From NCBI GenBank assembly GCA_036556925.1, contig DATBIN010000043.1, positions 7,050 through 71,049 of the forward strand: a DNA stretch of 64,000 bases. Reading direction: 5' to 3'. This DNA comes from Gaiella sp. (GTDB lineage: Bacteria > Actinomycetota > Thermoleophilia > Gaiellales > Gaiellaceae). Numbering within the stretch: the stretch's first letter is position 1; each line of letters begins with the position of its first letter. The notes under the pieces were generated by a model, which made no database searches, was not told where the DNA came from, and saw only the letters and a list, made by a program, of their open reading frames with translations. Shown one piece after another: positions 19,044-34,036 of the stretch. The translations under genes and the position numbers were made by a program.

Positions 19044-19915
19044 ATGTTCGACCTGCGCTACCACGTGGCGTCGCTCACTGCGGTGTTCATCGCACTGGTG
19101 ATCGGCATCCTCGTCGGCATCGGGCTGTCGGGTCGCGGATTCGTCGACGACGCCGAGCGCCGGAACCTCAACCAGCAGATCCAGGACCTTCGTGCCGAGC
19201 GCGATGCGTCGAACGCGCTGCTCGAGGCGGCCGACCGTCGCGACCAGGCGATGAAGGACTTCGCGGACAAGGCGTATCCGGTGCTCGTGCCCGGTCGCCT
19301 GCAGGACATGCGGGTGGCGGTGCTGTACGTCGGCTCCGTCGATCCCGGCCTGGACGTCGCGGTGAGCGGCGCCATTCGCGCGGCAGACGGTCGCGTGGCG
19401 CGCATGCGCGCGCTACGGGTGCCGATCGACACGGAGGAGCTCGACGACGCTCTCGGGAAGCGCCCCGTCCTGCGTGGCTACGTCGGCGAGGCGCGCCTCG
19501 AGGACCTCGGTCGCGACCTCGCGCGCGAGCTCGCAGACGGCGGCAAGACGCCGCTCTGGGACGCGCTCACAGGCCTCCTGGTCGAGGAGCGGTCCGGCCC
19601 GGCGGCCCCTCCGGCGGACGCGCTCGTGGTGGCGCGTCCCGCGAAGCCGCAGGCGGGGCCGACGGCGGAGCTCCTCGCGGGCCTGTACGGCGGACTCGCG
19701 CGCTCGGGCGTCCCCGCCGTCGGCGTGGAGGCGGAGGGCGCGCAGCGCAGCGCCATCGTGGCATTCCAGCGCAAGGGGCTCGCCACGGTCGACAGCGTGG
19801 AGACCCCCGCAGGCCGCCTCGCGCTCGTGCTGCTCCTCGGCGGCGCCCGCCCGGGCGACTACGGCGTCGAGTCGACGGCCGGCGACGGCGTGCTGCCCCC
19901 CATCGCCCCGATCGG

Positions 19916-19919
<4 letters not shown>
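19044..19919 (+). CDS. steB: SteB / MctB (DUF3186) family protein
   Basis: MFDLRYHVASLTAVFIALVIGILVG, coiled coil, ATVDSVETPAGRLALV; follows steA. Confidence 0.88.
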
Positions 19920-22782
<2,863 letters not shown>

Positions 22783-22834
22783 ACCCGTACGGCTCGGGGC
22801 GCCCGCACCTCGCCACCGCTCTAGGATCCGCGCG

Positions 22835-23953
22835 ATGAGCGTGCCCCCACCGCTCGACCTGTTCCTCGAGCTCTGCGCCATTCCCAGCCCGCCCGGGGAG
22901 GAGCGCGCGGTGGCCGACCGCGTGCAGGCCTACCTCACCGGGCTCGGGCTCGAGTGGGACGAGGACGACACGGGCCCGTCGGTCGGCTCGACGATGGGAA
23001 ACGTGCTCTGCCGCCTGCCGGGCCGGGTCGACGGCGGCGTGCCGGTGCTCCTCTGCGCGCACCTCGACACGGTGCCTCCCGAGGGGCCGATCGAGCCGGT
23101 GGTGGAGGACGGCGTGGTGCGGAACGCCGCGGGGACGATCCTCGGCGCAGACGACAAGTCGGCGGTCGTCGCCATGCTCGAGGCGGCCCGCCGCATCCTG
23201 GACGAGGAGCGGCCGCACGCCGGCGTGGAGCTGCTCTTCACGCCGAAGGAGGAGGTGGGACTGCTCGGCGCCTACGCCTTCGACCACCGGCGGCTGGAGG
23301 CACGCGTCGGCTTCGTCTACGACCAGGCGGCGCCGATCGGCGAGATCATCCTGGCGGCGCCGTCCCAGAAGACGATCCGGGCGCGGTTCCACGGCAAGGC
23401 CGCACACGCGGGCATGTATCCGGAGGAGGGACGCTCCGCGATCCTCGCGGCGTCGCGCGCGATCGCCGACCTGCGACTCGGCCGTGTCGACGACGAGTCC
23501 AGCGCGAACGTGGGGGTGATCAGCGGCGGCACGGCGCGGAACATCATCCCGGAGTGGTGCTCCTTCGAGGCGGAGGCGCGCTCGCGCGACCCTGGCAGGC
23601 TCGCGGACCTGACGCAGGAGATGCTCGACGCGGTCGCCTTCGCGGCGAGCCTCTCGGACTGCACGGTCGAGACGGAGGTGAGCGAGACCTACCGGGGCTA
23701 CCGCCTGACGCGCGACGACGACGTCGTGCGGATTGCGGCCGAAGGGCTGCGCCGGGCGGGCTTCGAGCCGACGTACGCGTCGAGCGGCGGTGCCGCGGAT
23801 GCGAACGTCTTCAACGAGCGCGGCCTGCCGTGCGTCAACCTCGCCAACGGGATGGCGGAGATCCACACGGCGACCGAGCACATCGCGGTGGGCGACCTCG
23901 AGGCGATGGTCGACGTGACCCTCGGCCTCGTCGACGCGGCGCGGGGCGCGTGA
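22835..23953 (+). CDS. M20 family metallopeptidase (peptidase T-like, YqjE type)
   Basis: CAHLDTV, ILGADDKS, EEVGLLGA, GKAAHAG.YPEEG, SSGGAADAN, EIHT. Confidence 0.92.
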   Translation: MSVPPPLDLFLELCAIPSPPGEERAVADRVQAYLTGLGLEWDEDDTGPSVGSTMGNVLCRLPGRVDGGVPVLLCAHLDTVPPEGPIEPVVEDGVVRNAAGTILGADDKSAVVAMLEAARRILDEERPHAGVELLFTPKEEVGLLGAYAFDHRRLEARVGFVYDQAAPIGEIILAAPSQKTIRARFHGKAAHAGMYPEEGRSAILAASRAIADLRLGRVDDESSANVGVISGGTARNIIPEWCSFEAEARSRDPGRLADLTQEMLDAVAFAASLSDCTVETEVSETYRGYRLTRDDDVVRIAAEGLRRAGFEPTYASSGGAADANVFNERGLPCVNLANGMAEIHTATEHIAVGDLEAMVDVTLGLVDAARGA

Positions 23954-24933
23954 TGCCGCTGACGGTGCGCTGGGGCACCGTCACGGCGGTGCACGAGCGC
24001 GCGGACGGGCTCATCCGCCTGGAGGTGGACGGCACGCCCTCGGTGGCCTTCACCTCCCTCACGGGCGCGATCGAGGAGGGCGACATCGTGCTCGTGAACA
24101 CGCAGGCGCGCGACCTCGGGCTCGGCTCGGGCGTGGGGGACGTCGTCTACGTCAACCTCACGCGTGGGCTCCGCCTCGGCGCGGAGCAGGGCGCGCACGT
24201 GGTGTCGCTGCCCTACACGCCCGGGCAGCTCGCGAGGCGGTACGCGGAGGAGGACGTCACGCCGGCGGAGCGCCTCGACGGCACGCCCGTGGTCTGCTGC
24301 AGCCTCCACAGCCAGGTCGTGCCGGTCTGCGCCGCGCTCGCCGGACGGCGTGTCGCCTACGTCCAGGCGGGCGGCGGCGCGCTGCCCGTGTCCCTCTCCG
24401 ACGCGCTGCGCGCGCTGCGCGCCCGCAACCTGATCGGCTTCACGGTCGCGGTCGCGCCCTGCTTCGACGCGGACCTCCAGTGCGTCACCCTCGCCTCGGC
24501 GCTCCTCGTCGCCGCCGCCCGCGGTGCCGAGGCGGTCGTCTGCGGGATCGGGCCGGGAATCGTCGGCACGGCCACGCGCTTCGGCCACGGCGGGCTCGCG
24601 GCGGCCGACGCGGCGAACACGGCGGTAGCGCTCGGGGGCCGCGCGGTGGTCGCGCCTCGCGTCTCGTTCGCCGATCCGCGGGCGCGGCACCAGGGCCTCT
24701 CGCATCACACGCGCGCCGTGCTCGAGCTCTGCCTGGGCCCCGTCGCCGTCGCATGGCCGCTCGGCCTCGACGCGCCGCTGGGGATCACCGTCGAGACCGT
24801 CGGCGCCGGCGACTGGGAGACCGCCTGCACGAAGCTTCCCCTCGAGCACATGGGGCGGGGCCCGGACGAGGACCCCTGGTTCTTCGCCTCCGCCTTCGCC
24901 GCCGGTCGCGTGGCCCGCCAGCTCCTGGGATGA
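23950..24933 (+). CDS. DUF3866 family protein
   Basis: LVNTQARDLGLGSG, LPYTP.Q, CSLHSQ, GIGPGIVGT..RFGHGG, RHQGLSHHT, HMGRGPDEDPWFF. Confidence 0.85.
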   Translation: MMPLTVRWGTVTAVHERADGLIRLEVDGTPSVAFTSLTGAIEEGDIVLVNTQARDLGLGSGVGDVVYVNLTRGLRLGAEQGAHVVSLPYTPGQLARRYAEEDVTPAERLDGTPVVCCSLHSQVVPVCAALAGRRVAYVQAGGGALPVSLSDALRALRARNLIGFTVAVAPCFDADLQCVTLASALLVAAARGAEAVVCGIGPGIVGTATRFGHGGLAAADAANTAVALGGRAVVAPRVSFADPRARHQGLSHHTRAVLELCLGPVAVAWPLGLDAPLGITVETVGAGDWETACTKLPLEHMGRGPDEDPWFFASAFAAGRVARQLLG

Positions 24934-24943
24934 GTCGGCGGGC

Positions 24944-25723
24944 GTGATGGAGCAGCGGCGGCTGGGACCGGTGGTCGGGCTCGGCACCTACGGGACCTTC
25001 GACCACGACCGACCGTTGGCGCGGAGCGTGGTGGGGGCCGCCCTCGACGCCGGCGTGCGGCTGTTCGACTCGTCGCCGATGTACGGCGGGGCCGAGGTGT
25101 CGCTCGGCGCCGCGCTGGCCGGGCGGCGCGAGGGCGTCACCGTGGCGACCAAGATCTGGACCGCCGACGTCGACGAGGGCCGTCGCCAGCACGCGGCGCA
25201 GGTCGCCTCCTTCGGCCGCGTGGAGATCGAGCAGGTGCACAACCTCGTCTCCTGGCGAGAGCACCTGCGCTGGCTGCAGCGCGAGCGCGACGAGGGGCGG
25301 ATCGACCGTCTCGGCGTCACGCACTACGCGAGCAACGCCTTCGACGAGCTGGAGCGGGCGCTCGACACGGGCAGCTTCGACACGGTGCAGATCCCGCTCA
25401 ACCCGCTCGAGCGCGAGTGCGAGCGGCGCATCCTGCCGCTCGCCGCCGAGCGCGGCATCGCGGTGATCGTGATGCGGCCGCTGGGCGGGTCTCGGAGCTC
25501 GTTGCTGCGCCGCGACCCGGGACCGGCCGCGCTCCGTGCGCTCGGCGTCGAGACGTGGCCGCAGGCGCTCCTCCGGTGGGCGCTCTCCGACGTGCGGGTG
25601 GACGTCGTCATCCCGGCCACCTCGCACCCGGAGCGCGCGCGGGAGAACGCCGCCGCCGGAGCCTCGCCGCGGCTCGGCGACGCGGAGCGCGAGCTGGTGG
25701 CACGGCTCGCGGGAGCGGCCTGA
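24944..25723 (+). CDS. Aldo/keto reductase
   Basis: VGLGT, FDSSPMYG, VATK, GVTHY, VMRPLGG, VIPATS. Confidence 0.9.
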   Translation: MMEQRRLGPVVGLGTYGTFDHDRPLARSVVGAALDAGVRLFDSSPMYGGAEVSLGAALAGRREGVTVATKIWTADVDEGRRQHAAQVASFGRVEIEQVHNLVSWREHLRWLQRERDEGRIDRLGVTHYASNAFDELERALDTGSFDTVQIPLNPLERECERRILPLAAERGIAVIVMRPLGGSRSSLLRRDPGPAALRALGVETWPQALLRWALSDVRVDVVIPATSHPERARENAAAGASPRLGDAERELVARLAGAA

Positions 25724-26679
25724 TGCGCATCGTCGTCAGCCGTCGCATCCCCGAGGCGGCGCTGGAGATCCTCGCCGCGGCGGGCGACGTGTGGGTCTCT
25801 CCCGACGACCGGCCGCTGACCACCGAGGAGCTGCACGACGCGGTCGGAGGCGCGACCGGCATCGTGGCGATGCTGCACGACCGCGTGGACGACGCGTTCC
25901 TCGACGCTGCGGGGGAGGGCCTCCGCATCGTCGCGAACGTCGCGGTCGGCTTCGACAACGTCGACGTCGAGGCATGCCGGCGGCACGGCGTCGTCGCCAC
26001 GAACACGCCGGGCGTGCTCACCGACGCCACCGCCGACATCGCGTTCGCACTCGTCCTGATGGTCACCCGGCGCCTGGGCGAGGGCGAGCGGCTGGTGCGC
26101 GACGGCCGCTGGCGCAGCTGGAGCATGGACTTCCACCTCGGCAGCGGCATCCAGGGGAAGCAGCTCGGCGTCGTCGGCCTCGGGCAGATCGGCAGCGCCA
26201 CCGCCCGACGCGCGCGGGCGGCGGGCATGACGATCGCCTACGCGGGCCGGCGCCGCGCGGCGCCCGAGCTCGAGGCCGAGCTCGGTGCCCGGTTCCTGGA
26301 GCTCGAGGAGCTGCTCGCCACGAGCGACGTCGTCACGGTGCACGTGCCCCTGAGCGACGAGACGAGGCACCTGATCGACGCGCGCCGGCTGCGGCTGATG
26401 CGGCCCTCCGCCTTCCTCGTCAACACCTCACGCGGCCCCGTCGTGGACGAGGAGGCGCTCGTGGCGGCGCTCCGCGAGGGGGCGCTCGCCGGCGCGGGGC
26501 TGGACGTCTTCGAGCAGGAGCCCGACGTGCACCCCGGCCTGCTGGACCTCGAGAACGCCGTGCTGCTGCCGCATCTCGGCTCGGCCACCGTGGAGACGCG
26601 GACGGCGATGGCGGTCCTCGCAGCCCGCAACGTCGCCGCCGTGCTCGCGGGCGAGCCGCCTCTGACCCCGATCGCCTGA
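25723..26679 (+). CDS. D-2-hydroxyacid dehydrogenase (glyoxylate reductase / D-glycerate dehydrogenase type)
   Basis: NVAVGFDNVD, TNTPGVLTDATAD, GLGQIG, VNTSRGPVVDE, GLDVFEQEP, PHLGSAT. Confidence 0.94.
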   Translation: MRIVVSRRIPEAALEILAAAGDVWVSPDDRPLTTEELHDAVGGATGIVAMLHDRVDDAFLDAAGEGLRIVANVAVGFDNVDVEACRRHGVVATNTPGVLTDATADIAFALVLMVTRRLGEGERLVRDGRWRSWSMDFHLGSGIQGKQLGVVGLGQIGSATARRARAAGMTIAYAGRRRAAPELEAELGARFLELEELLATSDVVTVHVPLSDETRHLIDARRLRLMRPSAFLVNTSRGPVVDEEALVAALREGALAGAGLDVFEQEPDVHPGLLDLENAVLLPHLGSATVETRTAMAVLAARNVAAVLAGEPPLTPIA

Positions 26680-26738
26680 CAGCAGCCGCGGGCGGCCCCG
26701 GACCGGCGTCTCGCGTCGAGAGACTAGAGTCCGCCACC

Positions 26739-28232
26739 GTGCCGGACACGGAGGAGAAGAAGGACGAGGCCGCGGGCGCGCCGGCGCCCGAGGACAAGGT
26801 CGTCGAGACGACGCACAGCGTGGTCGTCGCCGGCGAGACGATCGACTACACGGCGACGTGCGGGACGATCGTCGTCCGCCAGGAGCGCGAGAAGAAGGGG
26901 GAGCAGGAAGGGGAGTTCGAGGGCGAGCGTGCGCACGCGACGATGTTCTTCGTCGCCTACACGCGAAGCGGCGTCGCCGATCCCTCGACGCGACCGATCA
27001 CGTACTCGTTCAACGGCGGCCCCGGCTCGTCCTCCGTCTGGCTGCATCTCGGCGCGCTCGGCCCGCGACGGGTGGAGATGGGCGACGTCGGCGCGCTGCG
27101 ACCGCCCCCCTACGGGCTCGTCGACAACGAGCACAGCCTGCTCGACGCCTCGGATCTCGTCTTCATCGACCCGGTCGGCACGGGCTTCAGCCGCCCCGTG
27201 GCGGGCGAGAAGGCGCGGGACTTCCACACGCTCGACAAGGACATCGAGTCGGTCGGCGAGTTCATCCGCCTGTACACGAGCCGGTACGGGCGCTGGCGGT
27301 CGCCGAAGTTCCTGATCGGCGAGAGCTACGGCACCACCCGTGCCGCGGGGCTCGCGCCACACCTCCACGAGCGTCACGGCATGGCCATGAACGGGATCAT
27401 GCTCGTGTCGGTCGTGCTCGACTTCGCCACGATCGTCTTCGGGGCGGGGAACGACCTGCCCTACATCCTCTTCCTCCCGGGCTACACGGCCGCGGCCTGG
27501 TACCACGGCCGGCTGGAGCCCGAGCTGCAGAGCGGCGGCGTCGAGGCCGCGGTGCGGGAGTCCGAGGCGTTCGCACGCGGCGACTACGCGCTCGCCCTGC
27601 TCCAGGGGGACAGGCTGCCCGAGGCGGAGCGGCGGGAGATCGCCCGCCGCGTCGCGCGCTACAGCGGCCTCGACGCCGACTTCGTCGAGCGGGCCGACCT
27701 TCGCGTCGGCGACCAGCGCTTCTTCAAGGAGCTGCTGCGCCGCGAGGGGAAGACGATCGGCCGGCTCGACAGCCGCTTCACCGGCGTCGACCGCGACCAT
27801 GTGGGCGAGACGCCCGAGTTCGACCCGAGCCTGAGCTTCGCTCTCGGCCCCTACGCCGGCGCGGTCAACGACTACGTTCGGCGTGAGCTCGGCTACGAGA
27901 GCGACCTCCCGTACGAGCTGCTCAGCCTCAAGGTGAACGAGCAGTGGAAGTTCGAGCGCGACAACGAGTACGTGCGCGTGACCGAGTCGCTGCGCAAGGC
28001 GATCACCGCGAACCCGTCGCTCCGCGTGCTCGTCGCGAGCGGCCTCTTCGATCTCGGCACCCCTCCAGCGGCCACCGACTACACGCTCGACCATCTCGGC
28101 CTCCCCGCGGAGCTGCGCGGGAATCTCACCGTGCACACGTACGAGGCGGGGCACATGATGTACGTGCATCCGCCCTCGCTCGAGAAGCTCAAGCGCGACC
28201 TGGCGGGCTTCGTCCGCTCCGCCCTGCCGTAG
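26739..28232 (+). CDS. Serine carboxypeptidase, S10 family
   Basis: FNGGPGSSS, FIDPVGTGFS, GESYGT, G.FDL.TP, YEAGHMMY; no signal peptide apparent. Confidence 0.93.
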   Translation: MPDTEEKKDEAAGAPAPEDKVVETTHSVVVAGETIDYTATCGTIVVRQEREKKGEQEGEFEGERAHATMFFVAYTRSGVADPSTRPITYSFNGGPGSSSVWLHLGALGPRRVEMGDVGALRPPPYGLVDNEHSLLDASDLVFIDPVGTGFSRPVAGEKARDFHTLDKDIESVGEFIRLYTSRYGRWRSPKFLIGESYGTTRAAGLAPHLHERHGMAMNGIMLVSVVLDFATIVFGAGNDLPYILFLPGYTAAAWYHGRLEPELQSGGVEAAVRESEAFARGDYALALLQGDRLPEAERREIARRVARYSGLDADFVERADLRVGDQRFFKELLRREGKTIGRLDSRFTGVDRDHVGETPEFDPSLSFALGPYAGAVNDYVRRELGYESDLPYELLSLKVNEQWKFERDNEYVRVTESLRKAITANPSLRVLVASGLFDLGTPPAATDYTLDHLGLPAELRGNLTVHTYEAGHMMYVHPPSLEKLKRDLAGFVRSALP

Positions 28233-28305
28233 GCTGATCCACCAGGAGGCGCGCCGGCCCGCGAGCGGCGGGCGGCGCGACGCCTTCGCTATCGTCCCGC
28301 GCGCC

Positions 28306-29430
28306 ATGCGAATCGGGGTCGCGCGGGAGATCAAGACGCAGGAGTACCGGGTCGCCCTGACGCCTGCCGGCGCCTTCGAGCTCGTCCAGGGCGGACACGA
28401 GGTGCTCGTCGAGCAGGGTGCGGGAGTCGGCTCGGCGTTTCCGGACGCCGCCTACGCGGACGCCGGCGCCCGCATCGCCGGCGCCGAGACCGTGTGGGCG
28501 GAGGCAGAGCTCCTCCTCAAGGTGAAGGAGCCGATCGCGTCGGAGTACGGGCACCTCCGGGGCGGGCTCGTGCTCTTCACCTACCTGCACATCGCCGCGG
28601 ACGAGCCGCTCACCCGCGCGCTGGTCGCGTCCGGCACGACCGCCATCGCGTACGAGACGGTGGAGACGGCCGACCGGCGCCTGCCGCTGCTCGCGCCGAT
28701 GAGCGAGGTCGCCGGGCGCCTCGCGCCGCAGATGGGCTCCTGGGCGCTCGAGAAGCCGAACGGGGGGCGGGGCATCCTCCTGAGCGGTCTCGCCGGGGTC
28801 CCGCCCGCGAAGGTCGTCGTGCTCGGCGGCGGCGTCGTCGGCTACAACGCCGCGCTGATCGCGGTCGGCATGCAGGCCGACGTCTGGGTGCTCGACCTCT
28901 CGGTCGACCGCATGCGGGAGCTCGAGATGATGCTCGACGGGCGGATCACGCTCGCCAAGTCGAACCGCCTCCAGATCGCGGAGGCGATCGCCGACGCCGA
29001 CATGGTCATCGGCGCCGTGCTCGTGCCGGGCGCGCGCGCCCCGAAGCTCGTCACGCGCGACATGCTCGCCGGCATGAAGCCGGGCGCCGTGCTCGTGGAC
29101 GTGGCCATCGACCAGGGCGGCTGCTTCGAGACCTCACGCCCGACGACGCACGACGACCCCGTCTTCGAGGTCGACGGCATCGTGCACTACTGCGTCGCCA
29201 ACATGCCCGGCGCGGTGCCGATCACCTCCACGAAGGGCCTCACGAACGTGACCCTGCCGTACGTCGAGGCGATCGCCGACAAGGGCGTTCCGCGGGCGGT
29301 GGCGGAGGATCCGTCGCTGGCGAAGGGCGTCAACGTGATCGACGGCAAGGTCGTCTACCGCGCGGTGGCCGAGGCGCACGGCATGCAGTACACGCCGGTC
29401 GAGGACGTCCTGCCCGTCGTTCCCGCCTGA
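28306..29430 (+). CDS. ald: Alanine dehydrogenase
   Basis: [56 protein letters not shown]. Confidence 0.97.
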   Translation: MRIGVAREIKTQEYRVALTPAGAFELVQGGHEVLVEQGAGVGSAFPDAAYADAGARIAGAETVWAEAELLLKVKEPIASEYGHLRGGLVLFTYLHIAADEPLTRALVASGTTAIAYETVETADRRLPLLAPMSEVAGRLAPQMGSWALEKPNGGRGILLSGLAGVPPAKVVVLGGGVVGYNAALIAVGMQADVWVLDLSVDRMRELEMMLDGRITLAKSNRLQIAEAIADADMVIGAVLVPGARAPKLVTRDMLAGMKPGAVLVDVAIDQGGCFETSRPTTHDDPVFEVDGIVHYCVANMPGAVPITSTKGLTNVTLPYVEAIADKGVPRAVAEDPSLAKGVNVIDGKVVYRAVAEAHGMQYTPVEDVLPVVPA

Positions 29431-29501
29431 CGCGCACGTCCGCTTCGCCGCCCCCGCGTCGAGACCCCCTCAACGGCGCTCACCCGTGGGCCCCTTGCCC
29501 T

Positions 29502-29539
29502 GTCATCGCAGTTTCGCTATATAGCAAGATTGAGATGAC
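29502..29539. promoter_or_regulatory. 38-bp imperfect palindrome, putative operator
   Basis: GTCATC-n8-GCTATATAGC-n8-GATGAC; AT-rich island 24 nt upstream of the ATG at 29564. Confidence 0.6.
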
Positions 29540-29563
29540 GGAATCGACACAGGGGGCGACGAC

Positions 29564-30454
29564 ATGACCACGCACGCGGTCGATGCCGACGAGATCCAGA
29601 CGACGCGGGGCGAGAAGGCTCTCGCCGTCGTGCTCGGCGTGTTCATCCTGATCGGCCTCGTCTGGGCCTACGACCGGCTCGAGCGGCAGACGTCGTTCGA
29701 CGTCCGGCCGTCCTCGGCCGAGCAGCAGGCGATCGACGTGAACGACCGGGCGACACGGCAGCTCGGGGCCGCGATTGCCGGCCGCAGCCGCGCGCTCGCA
29801 GACGTCGAGCTGCGACGCGAGCGCTACCGCACGGCGCTCGACGCCGGGCAGCCGGCGCCTGGCCTGGAGCGCGACTACGCGACGGCGGAGCAGACGCTGA
29901 AGGTGGCCGAGGCGCAGGTCGCCGTCGCCCGGGCCCGCGTCGCGGAGACGCAGCCCGCCGCGAACGCAGCGAGAGAGCGACAGCTCGCGAAGGCGCGGGC
30001 GGTCGAGCGCCGTGATGCCCGTGTGAGCTTCCTGTTCCGCATGGTGCTCGCGCTCGCCGCCCTCGGCCTCTCGTATGCGCTGCTGGCCAGGCTGCGCGGC
30101 TCTCGCTACCTGACGCTCGGTCTCGCGGCCGTGGGCGCGTCCGCCGTGCTCGCGCTCGTGTTCACCGGCGACTACGTCGAGGATCACGTGGCCTGGCGGC
30201 ACACGGGGCCGCTGGCGCTCTCGGCGGCCGGGATCGTGCTCTCGGTCGGCGCGTTCTGGGGTCTGCAGCGCTACCTGCGACGACAGCTACCCCATCGCCG
30301 CGTGCGGAAGCGCGAGTGCCCGTTCTGCGGCTTCCCGGCGGGCGGCGACCCCAGCTGCGAGGGTTGCGGGCGGGCGGTCGTCACCGGCTGCGCGTCCTGC
30401 GGCGGGAGACGCCGCGTCGGCGTCCCCTTCTGCGGGAGCTGCGGCAGCCCCTAG
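29564..30454 (+). CDS. Membrane protein with coiled coil and C-terminal double zinc ribbon
   Basis: About 4 TM segments; four CxxC pairs (CPFC, CEGC, CASC, CGSC). Confidence 0.82.
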   Translation: MTTHAVDADEIQTTRGEKALAVVLGVFILIGLVWAYDRLERQTSFDVRPSSAEQQAIDVNDRATRQLGAAIAGRSRALADVELRRERYRTALDAGQPAPGLERDYATAEQTLKVAEAQVAVARARVAETQPAANAARERQLAKARAVERRDARVSFLFRMVLALAALGLSYALLARLRGSRYLTLGLAAVGASAVLALVFTGDYVEDHVAWRHTGPLALSAAGIVLSVGAFWGLQRYLRRQLPHRRVRKRECPFCGFPAGGDPSCEGCGRAVVTGCASCGGRRRVGVPFCGSCGSP

Positions 30455-30455
30455 C

Positions 30456-30556
30456 AGCCGGCGCAGCCCGGAATCCGCTCACGCGGGCTCCGGACGCGCA
30501 AACCCCTGAAGCCGCCCGCTTCGCGGCCGGACGCCAGGGATTTCACATCAGGCCTC
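30456..30556 (-). repeat. Dispersed intergenic repeat, copy 2
   Basis: Reverse complement aggcctgatgtgaaatccctggcgtccggccgcgaagcgggcggcttcaggggtttgcgcgtccgga... matches 8693-8781. Confidence 0.85.
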
Positions 30557-30580
30557 TTGCCCGGGCCGCAGCGCCACCGC

Positions 30581-30727
30581 TCAGGCCTCGCCGGCCTCCT
30601 TGGCCTTCTGCTCCTTCGCGCTCTCCGAGGGCGAGATCTTGACGACGGCATAGGTGATCGCCATCGAGAGCGCGAGAATGCCCGCCACGTAGAGGGCGAG
30701 CTCGAACAGGCCGAGGACGTCGTCCAT
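30581..30727 (-). CDS. Small single-pass membrane protein (48 aa)
   Basis: MDDVLGLFELALYVAGILALSMAITYAVVKISP + charged tail; high GC3. Confidence 0.7.
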   Translation of the reverse strand: MDDVLGLFELALYVAGILALSMAITYAVVKISPSESAKEQKAKEAGEA

Positions 30728-30794
30728 CCGTTGCGTAGGATAGCCACGTGCCCGACCGGCTCCTCCACCACGCCGCTCGACGCCCGCGCCAGTA

Positions 30795-31961
30795 GTGCCG
30801 CGCGCCTGCATCATCGTGCTCGACGCGGTCGGCGCGGGGGAGCTTCCGGACGCCGCGGACTACGGAGACGAAGGGTCGGACACGCTGGGCAACGTCGCGC
30901 GCGCCGTCGGCGGGCTCGACCTTCCGAACCTGGAGGCGCTCGGCCTCGGGAACGTCGAGCCGCTCGAGGGGTGCCCCCCGCAGCCCGGAGCGCCGGCCGT
31001 CGCGGGACGGCTCGTCGAGCGCTCGAAGGGCAAGGACACCACAGCGGGTCACTGGGAGCTGATGGGCGTCGTCACGCCGGTCCCCTTCCCGACGTATCCG
31101 TACGGCTTCCCGGACGAGGTCATCGACCCGTTCATGAATCGCACGGGGCGCGGTGTGCTCGGCAACAAGGCCGCCTCCGGGACGGAGATCATCCAGGAGC
31201 TGGGGGAGGAGCACCAGCGCACCGGGAAGTGGATCGTCTACACGTCGGCCGACTCCGTCTTCCAGGTGGCGGCGCACGAGGAGACGATCCCGCTCGAGGA
31301 GCTCTACGACGGCTGCCGCGTCGCGCGCGAGATCCTGACCGGCAAGCACGCCGTCGGCCGGGTCATCGCTCGGCCGTTCGTCGGCACGCCCGGGCACTAC
31401 GAGCGCACGCCGAACCGCCACGACTTCTCGCTCGAGCCGCGACGCCCCAACTACCTCACGGCGATCCGGGAGGCCGGGCACACGGTGTACGGCGTGGGCA
31501 AGATCTCCGACATCTTCGCCGGCTGCGACGTCGACGAGTCGTTTCCCACGAAGTCGAACGTGGACGGCATCAACCGCACCATCGAGCTGCTCGAGAACAT
31601 CGACCGCGGGCTGGTGTTCGTCAACCTCGTCGAGACCGACCAGGTGTGGGGGCACCGGAACGACCCGGTGAACTTCCACCGCTGCCTGCAGGACTTCGAC
31701 CGGCGGCTCCCGGACATCCTCGGCGCGCTGCGACAGGACGACGTGCTCGTGATCACGTCCGACCACGGGTGCGATCCGACGACGCCGTCCACCGACCACT
31801 CGCGGGAGCACGCGCTCCTCCTGCTCTACGCGGCAGGGCGGAACGCGGCGGGACGGATCCACGAGGGTGAGTTCGCCGACGTCGGTGCGACCGTCAACGG
31901 CTGGCTCGGCGGCAAGCATCCAGGCAAAGGCGCTCCGGGCACGGCCATCGTCGAGCCGTGA
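30795..31961 (+). CDS. deoB: Phosphopentomutase
   Basis: IVLDAVGAGELPDA, GKDTTAGHWE, YTSADSVFQVAAHE, RVIARPF, WGHRND, SDHGCDP, TDHSRE. Confidence 0.97.
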   Translation: MPRACIIVLDAVGAGELPDAADYGDEGSDTLGNVARAVGGLDLPNLEALGLGNVEPLEGCPPQPGAPAVAGRLVERSKGKDTTAGHWELMGVVTPVPFPTYPYGFPDEVIDPFMNRTGRGVLGNKAASGTEIIQELGEEHQRTGKWIVYTSADSVFQVAAHEETIPLEELYDGCRVAREILTGKHAVGRVIARPFVGTPGHYERTPNRHDFSLEPRRPNYLTAIREAGHTVYGVGKISDIFAGCDVDESFPTKSNVDGINRTIELLENIDRGLVFVNLVETDQVWGHRNDPVNFHRCLQDFDRRLPDILGALRQDDVLVITSDHGCDPTTPSTDHSREHALLLLYAAGRNAAGRIHEGEFADVGATVNGWLGGKHPGKGAPGTAIVEP

Positions 31962-32662
31962 GGATCGACGATCCGGTGGCCGTCGCGCGCCAGTACGCGA
32001 CGGAGTCGAACCTCGAGGCGCGGCGCTCCCTCTACGCCAACGCGGAGGGCCCCGATCCCCGCGAGCTGGCGCTGGAGGCGGTGGCCGAGTGCGGCCCGGG
32101 CCGCGTGCTCGAGGTCGGCGGCGGGCCCGGTGAGCTCGCCGCGCGGATCGCGGAGGAGGTCGGCTGCGAGGTCGTCATGGTCGACATCTCGCCGCGCATG
32201 GTCGAGCTGGCCCGCGGCCGCGGCGTCGAGGCGCTCGTCGGCGACGTCGCGAGCCTTCCGTTCGACGCCGGCTCGTTCGACTGCGCGGTCGCGGCCTGGA
32301 TGCTCTTCCACGTGCCGGACGTGGATCGCGGCCTCGCCGAGCTCGTCCGCGTGCTCCGGCCGGGCGGCCGCCTCGTCGCGGTCACGAACGCGGAGAGCCA
32401 TCTGCACGAGCTTCGGTCGATCGCCGGCAGGGCTGCGTGGGATCGTGTCTTCACGCGGGAGAACGGCGCCGAGATCCTCGGGCGCCACTTCGACCGCGTC
32501 GAGCGCCGCGACGCCGACGGATGGATCACGATCGAGGATCACGAGACGGTGAGAGGCTGGGTCGCGTCACTCGACGCCGACGAGCCCGTGGCGCTGGCCG
32601 CCTACGAGCTGCCCCTGCGGAGCCGGCGCGCATCGTCCGTGTTCGTCGCGACCAGGGGCTGA
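31958..32662 (+). CDS. Class I SAM-dependent methyltransferase
   Basis: VLEVGGGPG, DISPRM, GDV..LPF...SFD, RVLRPGG. Confidence 0.9.
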   Translation: MRIDDPVAVARQYATESNLEARRSLYANAEGPDPRELALEAVAECGPGRVLEVGGGPGELAARIAEEVGCEVVMVDISPRMVELARGRGVEALVGDVASLPFDAGSFDCAVAAWMLFHVPDVDRGLAELVRVLRPGGRLVAVTNAESHLHELRSIAGRAAWDRVFTRENGAEILGRHFDRVERRDADGWITIEDHETVRGWVASLDADEPVALAAYELPLRSRRASSVFVATRG

Positions 32663-32672
32663 GTCGCCGCCC

Positions 32673-33968
<1,296 letters not shown>

Positions 33969-34036
33969 GCCCGCGATCGACCGTGGCGGCCTTCCGGACA
34001 GCGGGGCACCGAAGCCGGGGTGCCTAGACTCGGGAC

